NCBI GenBank assembly: GCA_965242965.1
Contig: OZ251518.1
Coordinates: 4,992,001 to 5,056,000, forward strand
DNA length: 64,000 bases
Origin: Candidatus Poribacteria bacterium
GTDB taxonomy: Bacteria; Poribacteria; WGA-4E; WGA-3G
Reading direction: 5' to 3'
A model generated the notes under the pieces. The model ran no database searches, was not told the DNA's origin, and saw nothing but the letters and a program-made list of their open reading frames with translations. Below, piece after piece: positions 41,136 to 50,819 of this stretch (the first letter of the stretch is position 1; the number at the start of each line of letters is the position of its first letter). A program made the position numbers and the translations under genes.

Positions 41136-42077
41136 TTAGTTCCCCGGATACGCGCGGTTATCCAATGCCGCGACGAACTTTTCAGCGGCGATAGCCGCCG
41201 CCGCGCCTGCCCCCGCGGCAGTGATAGCTTGACGAAACACCTGGTCATGCACATCTCCCGCTGCGAAAACGCCGTCGATATTGGTGCGCTGCAGGTTGTC
41301 AACGATGATATAACCGTGTTCGTCCATCTTAATGATGTCGGTGAAGAGTTCCGTGTTCGGGATATGCCCGATGAAGATAAACACACCGTCGATCGGAAAA
41401 AGTTCCGTTTCGTTCGTTTTGACGTTTTTGAGTTTGGTACCCGTGACTTTTTCGGCATCGCCGCAAATCTCTTCGACGACGGTATCCCAAATAAACTTGA
41501 TTTTGTCGTTTTTGAAGGCGCGTTCCTGCATAATCTGGCTCGCGCGGAGCTGGTCCCGGCGATGGACGATGTGCACCTCGGCGGCGTATTTGGTAAGGAA
41601 GAGGCCTTCCTCAATTGCCGCGTCCCCACCGCCGACGACAATAAGCCGCTGATCTTGAAAAAAGAACCCATCACAGGTGGCGCAGTAAGATACGCCGCGT
41701 CCGCCGTATTCCTTTTCACCTGGAACGTTGAGCATGCGCGGTGAAGCACCGGTGCAAATAATCACGGACTTGGCGTGATAGTTTTTCTCGTAGGTTTCAA
41801 CAACAAACGGTTGGCGGGTGAAGTCAACAGCGGTGACGGTATCAAACCGGACTTCTGTCCCAAACTTCTCCGCTTGCGCCTGCATGCCCTGAATGAAGAC
41901 AGCGGCCTCGTCACCGAAAAAGCCGGGGTAATTCTCGAGGTCCAACGTGAGAGAGAGTTGTCCACCGAGCGCGTCACCGGTAATCAAGACAGGTTCCAGC
42001 ATCGCGCGAGAAGTATAGACACCCGCGGCGAACCCGGCGGTGCCGCCGCCGATGATGACGATGTTTCGTTCTTCCAT
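41136..42077 (-). CDS. trxB: Thioredoxin-disulfide reductase
   Basis: IIGGGTAG, VSYCATCDG, GGGDAAIEE, HRRDQLRA, FAAGDV. Confidence 0.97.
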   Translation of the reverse strand: MEERNIVIIGGGTAGFAAGVYTSRAMLEPVLITGDALGGQLSLTLDLENYPGFFGDEAAVFIQGMQAQAEKFGTEVRFDTVTAVDFTRQPFVVETYEKNYHAKSVIICTGASPRMLNVPGEKEYGGRGVSYCATCDGFFFQDQRLIVVGGGDAAIEEGLFLTKYAAEVHIVHRRDQLRASQIMQERAFKNDKIKFIWDTVVEEICGDAEKVTGTKLKNVKTNETELFPIDGVFIFIGHIPNTELFTDIIKMDEHGYIIVDNLQRTNIDGVFAAGDVHDQVFRQAITAAGAGAAAAIAAEKFVAALDNRAYPGN

Positions 42078-42185
42078 GTTTTTGTTGTTCGTAATGCGTT
42101 CGATAAGGTTATTTTGTTGCATAACGTCAGTCTACGTAATCCATCATCGACATCCATCATTGACGTTGCCGATGACTCGGTTTTC
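42078..42185. repeat. Degenerate copy of the AAC-loop REP family abutting the trxB start
   Basis: TTGTTCGTAATGCGTTCG and TCATTGACGTTGCCGATGAC. Confidence 0.7.
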
Positions 42186-42210
42186 AAGCCCCCTAGTCTC
42201 AATACCTTTT

Positions 42211-43077
42211 TTACACAGTCAGGCGAGGGATTTCGTTGATAATCGGATAATTCCGCGCACAAGTTTCGCACTGGAGTCTGTCCGCTAACCAGAGAATTTC
42301 GCCTTTGCACAGCGGACATACCAGAATTTTTTGTAGGAGAACCCTCCTATTCTTGATGGCATTTGGGCTCAGGTGCTCCTCACCTATCAACTTGCGTCGC
42401 GTTCGGTAGATGGCACTTGCCGCCGTTTTCACATGCGAAATGAGGCTGTGCGGAACAGCGTTTTTGATAAGCGGCAGCCACTGATTTTTCGGATAGGCGT
42501 TGCTCAACGCGGCGAGCGTTTCGGGCGATTCCAAATCAAGCGGCGATTTTCCCGGCGGAAGGAGTTCGTAGTCAATCTCGCCTTCCCATTCATATTGGAC
42601 GAGGAAGAGGTGATGATGCGTCAGATGAAACCGCTTCCACTGCTTGTCCTCGGCTACTAATGTGTGGAACAGTTGTCCAAAACCACCGTTCGCCGCCTCA
42701 CCCTCCTTTTTTTGTAAAACGAGTCGGCCGTCAATTTTGTTGACAATCCAGTGGTGATAGGGCCATCCGTAAATGCGTTCGGCGATTTCCGAAGGCGTTT
42801 CAATGTAGCCACGTTTGGCAACCCGCATTAACTCGGCGATGAGCAAAGCAGGCTCTTCCACATGCTCCAGCACGTGTGAACAGATGACATAGTCAAACGC
42901 GCTGTTAGCGAAAGGCAGATACTGTCCATCTGCCTCGACGAGCGGCCGGTCTGCGACGATGCCGCCGCCACGCTGTTCGTCGTCTTCTATGAATTTATCG
43001 CACAAGACATTTGCGCGGGGCTTTGGATTATGGCCGCTCCCTATCTCTAGGACAAAATCACCTGGACAAATGTTCAT
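42211..43077 (-). CDS. SAM-dependent methyltransferase with a C-terminal Trm112-like Zn domain
   Basis: VLEIGSG, LPFANSAFDYVICSHVLEHV; ILVCPLCKG...CETCARNYPIINEIPRL. Confidence 0.9.
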   Translation of the reverse strand: MNICPGDFVLEIGSGHNPKPRANVLCDKFIEDDEQRGGGIVADRPLVEADGQYLPFANSAFDYVICSHVLEHVEEPALLIAELMRVAKRGYIETPSEIAERIYGWPYHHWIVNKIDGRLVLQKKEGEAANGGFGQLFHTLVAEDKQWKRFHLTHHHLFLVQYEWEGEIDYELLPPGKSPLDLESPETLAALSNAYPKNQWLPLIKNAVPHSLISHVKTAASAIYRTRRKLIGEEHLSPNAIKNRRVLLQKILVCPLCKGEILWLADRLQCETCARNYPIINEIPRLTV

Positions 43078-43222
43078 TTTTCGTCTTTCGCGAGGCGTTC
43101 GCTGTTCGTCTTTCGCGAGGCGTTCGTTTTTCGTCTTTCGCGAGGCGTTCGCTCAGCATTTTTGGTGCAAGGACGTTGTTCTGCGTAGTGCCGTCATTGA
43201 CGTTGTCAATGACTCGGTTCTT
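43078..43222. repeat. AAC-loop REP family copy with a triplicated tail
   Basis: TTCGTCTTTCGCGAGGCGTTCG x3 and hairpin GTCATTGACGTTGTCAATGAC. Confidence 0.88.
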
Positions 43223-43257
43223 GATGCTATTTCTTCGTTGTCAAGACTTGCATCGGG

Positions 43258-44106
43258 TTATTTCTGAACAACCATGCTGATATAGGGGCTCAGATACGGA
43301 AACGCTGTTGCGACGATGTTGCCTTTGAATCCAAAGCCGACGCACTTTTTGACGATTTGGAGTTCATGCATTCGGAAAAATCGCGCCAGATCGATTGGTG
43401 ATGCATAATAGGCACTGTCGGAGTCGCCGCCGATGGCATCCGCCTGCAAGTCCGGCGCGCGGTATAAGAATTGCGGTGCCCGGCGTGCGAACCGCTTCGT
43501 CGCCCAGAGCCGACAATTCTTCATGAACTGTTCCCATGCTTGCCGCTTTGTCTCACCCCAAACCGGTCTGCCGGGTTTGCCTATGATGAGCCCGAGCCAG
43601 TCCAAAAACGGGGTAATCGGTGAGCAGAGGTTGGGCCCGGAAAGCACGATCTTGCCGCCTCTTCGCACAACCCGAGTCATCTCGGCGAGCGCGGTTTCAA
43701 CGTCGGGCAAATGCTCAATCAGTTCGTTTGAGCAGATAACGTCAAAGGATTGCGTTTCAAACGGCAGCTCCAACACATCGCAGACCTGATAGCGCAGTTG
43801 TCGATTTTCCCACGCCCGTGCTTCTTGTAGGAAGAGGGGCGAAATGTCCGTGCCGACAACGTCGTGTCCTGCTTGATTGATGAGCCGCGCGGAGATGCCG
43901 TTTCCGCAACCCAGGTCGAGGATTTTGGAACCGGGTGGTGCGTAACGGGTTACGAGTTCTACGTAGTGTCGGAGGTATGCCTCATCGTGTGCGGCGAGGA
44001 GGCCCTTATATGCCTCCGACGTTTGGTAGAATTCGCGCATCTGCTGCCGGAGGGGTTTCCCTGCAGGCACAAAGGAAGTCAACTCCGATTTATGATAACA
44101 CATCAT
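43258..44106 (-). CDS. Class I SAM-dependent methyltransferase (start uncertain)
   Basis: ILDLGCGNG, GTDIS, LPFETQSFDVI, VRRGG. Confidence 0.9.
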   Translation of the reverse strand: MMCYHKSELTSFVPAGKPLRQQMREFYQTSEAYKGLLAAHDEAYLRHYVELVTRYAPPGSKILDLGCGNGISARLINQAGHDVVGTDISPLFLQEARAWENRQLRYQVCDVLELPFETQSFDVICSNELIEHLPDVETALAEMTRVVRRGGKIVLSGPNLCSPITPFLDWLGLIIGKPGRPVWGETKRQAWEQFMKNCRLWATKRFARRAPQFLYRAPDLQADAIGGDSDSAYYASPIDLARFFRMHELQIVKKCVGFGFKGNIVATAFPYLSPYISMVVQK

Positions 44107-44122
44107 GCGATGTCCTGTCAAA

Positions 44123-44524
44123 TTAGGCGCGAAGCGTGTTCCACGGTGCCTCGTCAAAGACATCTATCAGCTGATACCCTTCTTCGCCTTTGCAGGGACT
44201 GAGGGTGACGAATAACTTCGCAGGCTGAGACGAGACGTTAAAGGAGGCGTGGACGATGTCTGCAGGAATGAAGACAGCGTCGCCTGCGTTGAGCACCTGC
44301 TTCTTGTCCTCCAGCCACTGTTCAACGCTGCCTTCAATAACGTAGATAACCTCTTCTTGTTCTGGGTGCTTATGGAAATCATGTCCGTTCCCGGGCAGGA
44401 GGCTGACTTCCATTGCGACGATGTCTTTCGCGCCGGTGGTTTGTGGGCGGCTGAGCCAGCCTGTCGTGCCCCAATCGAGTTCATCGCGTTCCACTGCCGC
44501 TGCGGTGATAAATTTTCCGTTCAT
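44123..44524 (-). CDS. Cupin domain protein
   Basis: HDFHKHPEQEEVIYV, GDAVFIPADIVH; RBS AAGGAG. Confidence 0.93.
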   Translation of the reverse strand: MNGKFITAAAVERDELDWGTTGWLSRPQTTGAKDIVAMEVSLLPGNGHDFHKHPEQEEVIYVIEGSVEQWLEDKKQVLNAGDAVFIPADIVHASFNVSSQPAKLFVTLSPCKGEEGYQLIDVFDEAPWNTLRA

Positions 44525-44825
44525 TGCGTGTCAATTCTCCTTTCGGTGTGTTCTTTTTATCCTCAATGTATCGGGAGGATAGAGACATCCGCCCTGACAA
44601 ATAAGGCACGTGAGAAGACGGTAGGCGTAGTTTGCATCCACACCTACCGAGTTCTTCCACAAGCCGGTTCGCGCGTTCACGCTTGTTTTTCCGACGAGAA
44701 CGCTAGCGGATGAATGAAAAAACTATTTTCGTTGCTTAAGAAACTTTAGCAACATTGGTAATAATATACCCTAAATGCGAAAAAAAAGCAAGTCTATTTT
44801 TTTCTTCGTCAAATGCATTCAGTTA

Positions 44826-44854
44826 TTGACAACTTTAATCACTTGTGCTACACT
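44826..44854 (+). promoter_or_regulatory. Sigma70 promoter
   Basis: TTGACA-17-TACACT with an extended TG. Confidence 0.65.
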
Positions 44855-44897
44855 TTACCTAAATCAACCGGACACAGAAGCCACACGCAGAAATAAT

Positions 44898-46883
44898 ATG
44901 AAATCTCAAAGCACATCGCAAATCCCTGCGCACGGGGTTACCTTCAAATCTGTCAGCATCGCCGCACTGCTGATTCCAATCAACTGCTACTGGGTAATCG
45001 AGATGGAGGTAATCCGCTATTCAGGACATCCCGTGACGATTTCCCTCTTTTTTAACGTTATTTTCAGTTTATTTGTCGTCATCGGCGTGAATGAACTGCT
45101 AAAGCGTTTCGTCCCAACGCGGGCACTCGCGCAAAGCGAACTCGTCATCGTTTATTTGATGCTGTCAATTGCATCCGGGATTACAGGACACGACATGCTA
45201 GAAATTCTAGTGCCGATGCTCGGACACGCCTTCCGCTTTGCAACCCCTGAAAACGAATGGCAGCAACTGTTCACCCCATTCCTTCCGAGTTGGCTCACGG
45301 TGAGCGACAGCCAACTGCTACAAGGCTACTACGAGGGAGAATTGCCGCTCTATACCGCTGAAACGCTGCTCGGATGGGCAAAACCTGTGCTTTGGTGGAC
45401 AGCGTTCATTACTGTCCTGATTTTCGGGATGCTCTGCATCAATATCATCGTCCGGAAACAGTGGATCGAACATGAAAAGTTGAGTTACCCCATCATTCAA
45501 CTGCCGCTGCAAATGGCGCAATCGGGGCGCGCAGACGGTTCGCTGATAGAACCGCAGCAGAACCGCTTTTTTCGGAACAAGTTGATGTGGCTCGGCTTCG
45601 GCATTGCAGGCGCGCTCGCCTTGTGGAACGGCGTGAATTTCCTGTATCCGATTTTACCGGAATTACGGACGCGCGTACGCAATTTTCAGGTTTTCACGGA
45701 AAGCCCGTGGAACGCGATGGGAAGCATCCCCTTTTCGCTTTACCCCTTCGCAATAGGACTCGGCTTCTTTATTCCGCTGGATTTGTCGTTCTCGTGCTGG
45801 TTTTTCTTCTGGTACTGGCGGGTGATGCGCGTCGTCGGTGCCGCCATCGGGATGCGGAGCCTGCCGCGGTTTCCGTATATGAACGAACAAGCATCCGGGG
45901 GATACCTCGCTTTGTGTGGGCTGGCAATTTGGGCTAGCCGCCGGCACCTCTTGCATGTCGGGAAAACGGCCATCGGCTTGCATACCGATGACGCACGCGA
46001 TACCTCAGACAGCCCAATAGACAGCCCGATGTCCTATCGCGCAGCGGTGCTCGGCATCATCGGTGTCATGGCGTTTCTCGTCCTTTTCTGCTATTACGGC
46101 GGCGCGGAAATTTGGGTGATGTTCATCTTTTTTGTTATCTATTATATGATTTCCATCGCCATTACGCGCATGCGCGCCGAATTAGGTACCCCCGTGCATG
46201 ATCTTCACTATTCCGGTCCTGACGAAATTTTGACACGGACAGTCGGCACGCGCCGGTTAGGTAGAGACAACCTCGTTATGTTCTCCATGTTCTGGTTTAT
46301 CAATCGCGCTTACCGAAGCCATCCGATGCCGCATCAATTGGAAGGTTTCAAGATTATGGAACGGACTAACATGACGATGCATCGGATTATCTTCGCGCTG
46401 ACGCTCGCCGCTGTGCTCGGTTCGCTCGCAGGATTTTGGGCACTCATTGACAGAGGGTATCGGTTAGGCATGGAGGTACGCGCTTATTGGCCATCCCTCA
46501 GTGCCTTCGGCATAGAACCGTATCGTCGTCTCACAGGATGGCTGCAAGCACCGGAGGAGACGCTGATTGCCGAAAGTGGGTTTATGGGGCTCGGTTTCCT
46601 ACTGACGACAGTCTTGATGCTATTTCGGATGCGGTTTGTGTGGTGGCCCTTTCATCCCGCCGGATTCGCTATTTCAACGAGTTGGGGGATGAACGTGACG
46701 TGGAGCTGCCTCTTCATGAGTTGGCTGATTAAGATGCTTATCCTCCAATACGGCGGCGTGGTGCGGCACCGAAAAATCGCGCCTTTCTTTTTAGGACTGA
46801 TTTTGGGCGAGTTTACCGTCGGTAGCCTCTGGACGATTATCGGCATTCTCGCGGGCATCCCAACCTACGGCTTTTGGGTTTAA
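44898..46883 (+). CDS. Polytopic membrane protein (DUF6785/DUF6784, OPT-like transporter)
   Basis: Many TMs; RKQWIEHEKLSYPIIQLP, RMRAELG, WWPFHPAGF, PFFLGLILGE. Confidence 0.85.
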   Translation: MKSQSTSQIPAHGVTFKSVSIAALLIPINCYWVIEMEVIRYSGHPVTISLFFNVIFSLFVVIGVNELLKRFVPTRALAQSELVIVYLMLSIASGITGHDMLEILVPMLGHAFRFATPENEWQQLFTPFLPSWLTVSDSQLLQGYYEGELPLYTAETLLGWAKPVLWWTAFITVLIFGMLCINIIVRKQWIEHEKLSYPIIQLPLQMAQSGRADGSLIEPQQNRFFRNKLMWLGFGIAGALALWNGVNFLYPILPELRTRVRNFQVFTESPWNAMGSIPFSLYPFAIGLGFFIPLDLSFSCWFFFWYWRVMRVVGAAIGMRSLPRFPYMNEQASGGYLALCGLAIWASRRHLLHVGKTAIGLHTDDARDTSDSPIDSPMSYRAAVLGIIGVMAFLVLFCYYGGAEIWVMFIFFVIYYMISIAITRMRAELGTPVHDLHYSGPDEILTRTVGTRRLGRDNLVMFSMFWFINRAYRSHPMPHQLEGFKIMERTNMTMHRIIFALTLAAVLGSLAGFWALIDRGYRLGMEVRAYWPSLSAFGIEPYRRLTGWLQAPEETLIAESGFMGLGFLLTTVLMLFRMRFVWWPFHPAGFAISTSWGMNVTWSCLFMSWLIKMLILQYGGVVRHRKIAPFFLGLILGEFTVGSLWTIIGILAGIPTYGFWV

Positions 46884-46915
46884 TGGGACAAGCGCGCAGC
46901 GTTTGAACAGCATGA

Positions 46916-49750
46916 CTATTCCCGGTGCGGACGCGGGTTAATCGCCAAATTGAGCGGCAATAAAAACAGGGTGAAACTAAACAACAGCGTCCATTGCCAC
47001 TCCCATTTCAGGGGTGTCAACTCCAGAAATTCATTGACAGGTGCAACGTAGAGTGCTACGGCGTGGAGCCCGATAACAACGAGGAAGATAATGAGCAGCC
47101 GTGTGTTGGCAAACATCCGTTGAAAGAGCGATTCCCATGGATACCGCAGTGCCTGCCAGCATGTCGCCAATTGGGTGAAAATCAGCGTGGTAGCCACCAT
47201 TGTTCGAGCAACCGCTACCACTGCCAAGTCGTTCACGTCTGAACGCCACAACATAAAAAAGAAAGGAATGAGCGACATTAAACTGATAGTCACGCCGCGG
47301 CAAACGATGTCTAACCCCGCGGTTTTCGGTAAAAATCGCGTGGTGGAGAACATCGCCGGACGGTGGTGTTTCTCATCGGCAAATATCTGTTCGCATCCGG
47401 CACCGAGAGTGGGGAGCAGGCTACCGAGAAATTGCACCCATGCGATTTGGGTTAATGTCAGCGGCATCGGGAGTTGATAGACATAGTGCAGAATTGTGCC
47501 AAAAATGACGGTGAGTAGCAGTGCCAGCGTGCACGAGAGTCCCCACCTGATGGAGCCCGCCAAGTTCTGATAAGCCTCCCGTGCATGGAGGAGCGCGTCC
47601 CGTACAGCGCGGAAGCCGCTGTTGAGAATGAGCCCATCGCTCTGTGCTTGTGCTACGTCTGAGGCATCGCGCCGATTCGCAAAAGCGATATCCGCGGATG
47701 TCATCGCGCGCGAATCAATGCCGGTTTGCCCCAGGAAACCGACGGTATGGCCGTGGCGTTTCAAACTGACAACAATCGCGCGGCGTTGCTCCCGGCTCGG
47801 CTGGGCGTATGCCAAAGACTTTTGCACCTGCTCGTCCAATTCTTCTCGCGAAAGTGCGTTCAGGGTCTCGCGGGAAGCAATTGCTTTCGCCGTGTGAATG
47901 AGGCCAAGTGCCTTTCCTAGCACGCCTGTCTGCTGCTCATCACGTTGGGTAATGAGGATAATTTTCAGCCCGGTGTCAAGGCTGGATTTCACAACAGTTC
48001 TTGTCTCCTCGTCATCGCTGACAGAAAAAGCAACGAAGCCTAAAAATGTTGAACCCTCCGCCATATCCTGTGGTGTGAGCATCATGTCCGAAGACTGGGA
48101 TGCGACACCGTAGACATTGCCTAGCGTGCCTTGCGAAGACATGCTCCTAAGGTAATCAAGCACCTCACCGTATTGATGATACCGTTCGTCCTGCAGGTAG
48201 ATTACCTCCCCTTGGATGGGTGTGAAGTCACACGCATCCAGCACCTTCCGTGCATTCCCAAAGATGATATTGAGATAGTTTTCATCGCCCGACTCAAAAA
48301 CGCCCATCTGATACCCGAAGTTGGGTGTCAATGGATATTCCTTGACGAGGGGGAGATTCGCTTTGAGTGCGTCTGGTTCATAACCGAGTTGTCGGAGCTG
48401 CTTTTGGAGAACCCGCCGCGGTGACGCGTCTTCATCGCCTCTTTTACCGAGTTGATGCCGTTCGCCGGAAGTGCCGAGTGCCGATGTCAATACTAACCAC
48501 GGCGCACTCGGCGGCACCTGATTTTTTTTCATCGGCGCGGACAGAATTGCGTCAACCGCTTGTCGCTTCTCCTCGGGCGATAGATTCTGGATAGAGCGCA
48601 GCCACGCATGCCACGTCGTTCCCTCAACGAGTTGTTCATCAACGAACATATAGGAGAGCGCGAGGGCGCGTGTCGTTGTGAGCCCCTCCTCACTCGCGCA
48701 AAAGGTGGTGATGCGACTCAGTTTTTCAAGAAAACGCGGATTCCGCAGGGCCACCCCTTTTTTCAGCAATTTCCTAGCATGCTGCGAGAAATTCAACCGC
48801 AACAGGGAGACAGCATCGTGCGGCGCGGCGGCGAGGAGGAAGAGAACACCGAGAGCGCTGAGTGAAAACCAGTCTGTGCCCTGGGCTTGAGAGTTAGCCC
48901 ACCACGCAATGGCGACAGCTATCGCCGCAACACATACCCCCGCTATCTTGATGAGGTTGTGCAGGAATTTCAATTCCCCCTCCGCATACGTTGTCACATC
49001 GGGAGTCTGCTGCGCGTTTGGACGCTGCTTCCAAAATTCAGTCTGTTTGCCTATCTGCACTACAATCGCCTGTCCGCGCCCAGACTCTACGTAGGTGCCA
49101 GCGAACACCATGTTTTTCTGTTTTTGGGGAGGGATAGGAGTTGCGGTATCGCCTTCACCGTCTGTCGGCTTATCCGAAAGCGTATCGCTCGTCTTTTTCA
49201 CGGGGCCTTCTGTCCCGAATAGCGCGGATTCGTCTACCACAAGCCTATACGCCTCAACGATTCTGGCATCCGCCGGGATGTAGTCGCCTTTCTTCACAGA
49301 GATTAAATCACCCGGCGCGATGTCCTCCGGCGTGCATTTGCCGAGTTTACCGCCTCGGATAACCTGAACGCTGAACGCCAGATGCTCATGAACCTGCGCT
49401 TCGCGACGACGGATACGGTACTCGGTGAAGCACGCCCATCCAATATGCAAGAAGAGCATCGCACCGATAACACCCACCGCGGTAGCAGTGGGCGGCGTGC
49501 CGGATACCGGTGAAAATTCGGGACTGATGAAGGGGACAATTAGGACGACTGTCGCTACTGCCAACACGCACACTCGCCAATTCAGCATGGATTTCAAAAA
49601 GGCGGCGAACTGTCTTGTTTTTTGCGGCGCGCCAATTTCATTTTTGCCGTACTGCGCGCGCGCCTTCCGCAAGGCATCGGCACTCAATCCGTGTTCCAAG
49701 TCACTGTTAAATTGATTCAATATTGATGGAATACCGTGGGTATAGAACAT
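46916..49750 (-). CDS. P-type (IIA, Ca2+-like) ATPase homolog lacking catalytic motifs
   Basis: GLS..YGKNEI, PGDLI..GDYIPADARI, VDESAL, NMVFAGT and a C-terminal TM bundle; DKTGT absent. Confidence 0.88.
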   Translation of the reverse strand: MFYTHGIPSILNQFNSDLEHGLSADALRKARAQYGKNEIGAPQKTRQFAAFLKSMLNWRVCVLAVATVVLIVPFISPEFSPVSGTPPTATAVGVIGAMLFLHIGWACFTEYRIRRREAQVHEHLAFSVQVIRGGKLGKCTPEDIAPGDLISVKKGDYIPADARIVEAYRLVVDESALFGTEGPVKKTSDTLSDKPTDGEGDTATPIPPQKQKNMVFAGTYVESGRGQAIVVQIGKQTEFWKQRPNAQQTPDVTTYAEGELKFLHNLIKIAGVCVAAIAVAIAWWANSQAQGTDWFSLSALGVLFLLAAAPHDAVSLLRLNFSQHARKLLKKGVALRNPRFLEKLSRITTFCASEEGLTTTRALALSYMFVDEQLVEGTTWHAWLRSIQNLSPEEKRQAVDAILSAPMKKNQVPPSAPWLVLTSALGTSGERHQLGKRGDEDASPRRVLQKQLRQLGYEPDALKANLPLVKEYPLTPNFGYQMGVFESGDENYLNIIFGNARKVLDACDFTPIQGEVIYLQDERYHQYGEVLDYLRSMSSQGTLGNVYGVASQSSDMMLTPQDMAEGSTFLGFVAFSVSDDEETRTVVKSSLDTGLKIILITQRDEQQTGVLGKALGLIHTAKAIASRETLNALSREELDEQVQKSLAYAQPSREQRRAIVVSLKRHGHTVGFLGQTGIDSRAMTSADIAFANRRDASDVAQAQSDGLILNSGFRAVRDALLHAREAYQNLAGSIRWGLSCTLALLLTVIFGTILHYVYQLPMPLTLTQIAWVQFLGSLLPTLGAGCEQIFADEKHHRPAMFSTTRFLPKTAGLDIVCRGVTISLMSLIPFFFMLWRSDVNDLAVVAVARTMVATTLIFTQLATCWQALRYPWESLFQRMFANTRLLIIFLVVIGLHAVALYVAPVNEFLELTPLKWEWQWTLLFSFTLFLLPLNLAINPRPHRE

Positions 49751-49815
49751 TTTCGTAGTTCGCAGATTGACAGCGTTTCCTGTCCTTGTTGCATGCCGCG
49801 TTCTTGATACAATTA

Positions 49816-50757
49816 TCACTCGGAAGAGATGATTTGGGCACCCTGAACATCGGGAGCCAGAATCTTCATCTCACACTGAATTTGAGAGGCGTGGAAAGCG
49901 GCTTGCATCGCTGCCGCAATCTGCCGCGCGAGGTGTCGGTAACAATACGCAGCCAGCGTCGGGCCCGCGCCACTCAGGGCGACGCTGAAAGCACCGGCGT
50001 TCACCGCCGCCGCCGCCACATCATCGAACCCCGGAATGAGCGCGGCGCGGTAGGGCTGATGCAACCTGTCCTTCATAGCAATCGACAGCATGCTCAATTT
50101 TCCGGTGGCGATGGCGGCGACTAACAGCGAACTGCGGCTGGTATTGTAAATTGCGTCCGCGAGTTCTACCCGCTGAGGCAGCACGCTGCGCGCCTGTTGC
50201 GTTGAAAGCGTGAAGTCGGGAATGGCTAGCACCACGGAAAGTTCATCTGGACAGGACAACTGAATGGTATGGACATGTCCTTCTTCCTGCGCGCAGACAA
50301 CCAAGCCGCCGAGGTAAGAAGCGGCGACGTTATCGGGATGCCCTTCCAGTTCCGCTGCGAGGTTTAGCAGTTCTGCCTTGGAAAACGGCGCGTCGCAATA
50401 CGCATTCGCTGTCATCAAGCCGCCAAGAATGGCTGTGCCGCTGCCGCCTAACCCGCGAATTGCAGGGATACCGTTGTCTATGGATAATTTCAGACCCGGG
50501 GGGACTTGCCCGCCATTCCGCTTGAAAACCAATTCTGCCGCTTGAAACGCGACGTGCTCGGTGGTGCTCGGCATCTTATCCGCGTCCACCCCAGTAACGA
50601 TGACTTGGGTGCCGGACGTATCCATCACTTCCAGCGTCACCGTGCTGTAGAGTTGCAAGGCGAGCCCAAGCACATCGAAGCCGGGGCCGAGGTTCGTCGT
50701 GCTGGCAGGAATACGTGCCGTTATTTGCAATGCATTCGGATTGGTTTTCTGGTGCAA
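49816..50757 (-). CDS. thrB: Homoserine kinase
   Basis: PASTTNLGPGFDVLG, IPAIRGLGGSG, EGHPDNVA, LHQPYR, LSGAGPT. Confidence 0.97.
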   Translation of the reverse strand: MHQKTNPNALQITARIPASTTNLGPGFDVLGLALQLYSTVTLEVMDTSGTQVIVTGVDADKMPSTTEHVAFQAAELVFKRNGGQVPPGLKLSIDNGIPAIRGLGGSGTAILGGLMTANAYCDAPFSKAELLNLAAELEGHPDNVAASYLGGLVVCAQEEGHVHTIQLSCPDELSVVLAIPDFTLSTQQARSVLPQRVELADAIYNTSRSSLLVAAIATGKLSMLSIAMKDRLHQPYRAALIPGFDDVAAAAVNAGAFSVALSGAGPTLAAYCYRHLARQIAAAMQAAFHASQIQCEMKILAPDVQGAQIISSE

Positions 50758-50819
50758 TTAAATCTCCTTAAGTAGCACTAGATACACCGTTGTTGCAGGC
50801 GATGTTCATGATAGAACGC

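Noticed and set aside
44590-44760. Structured ncRNA or riboswitch upstream of the cupin gene
   Set aside because: Only a GTAGG..CCTAC hairpin (REP-like) is evident, with no recognisable family motif.
46916-49750. Calling the P-type ATPase homolog a pseudogene
   Set aside because: There are no stops or frameshifts over ~2.8 kb and the TM architecture is preserved.
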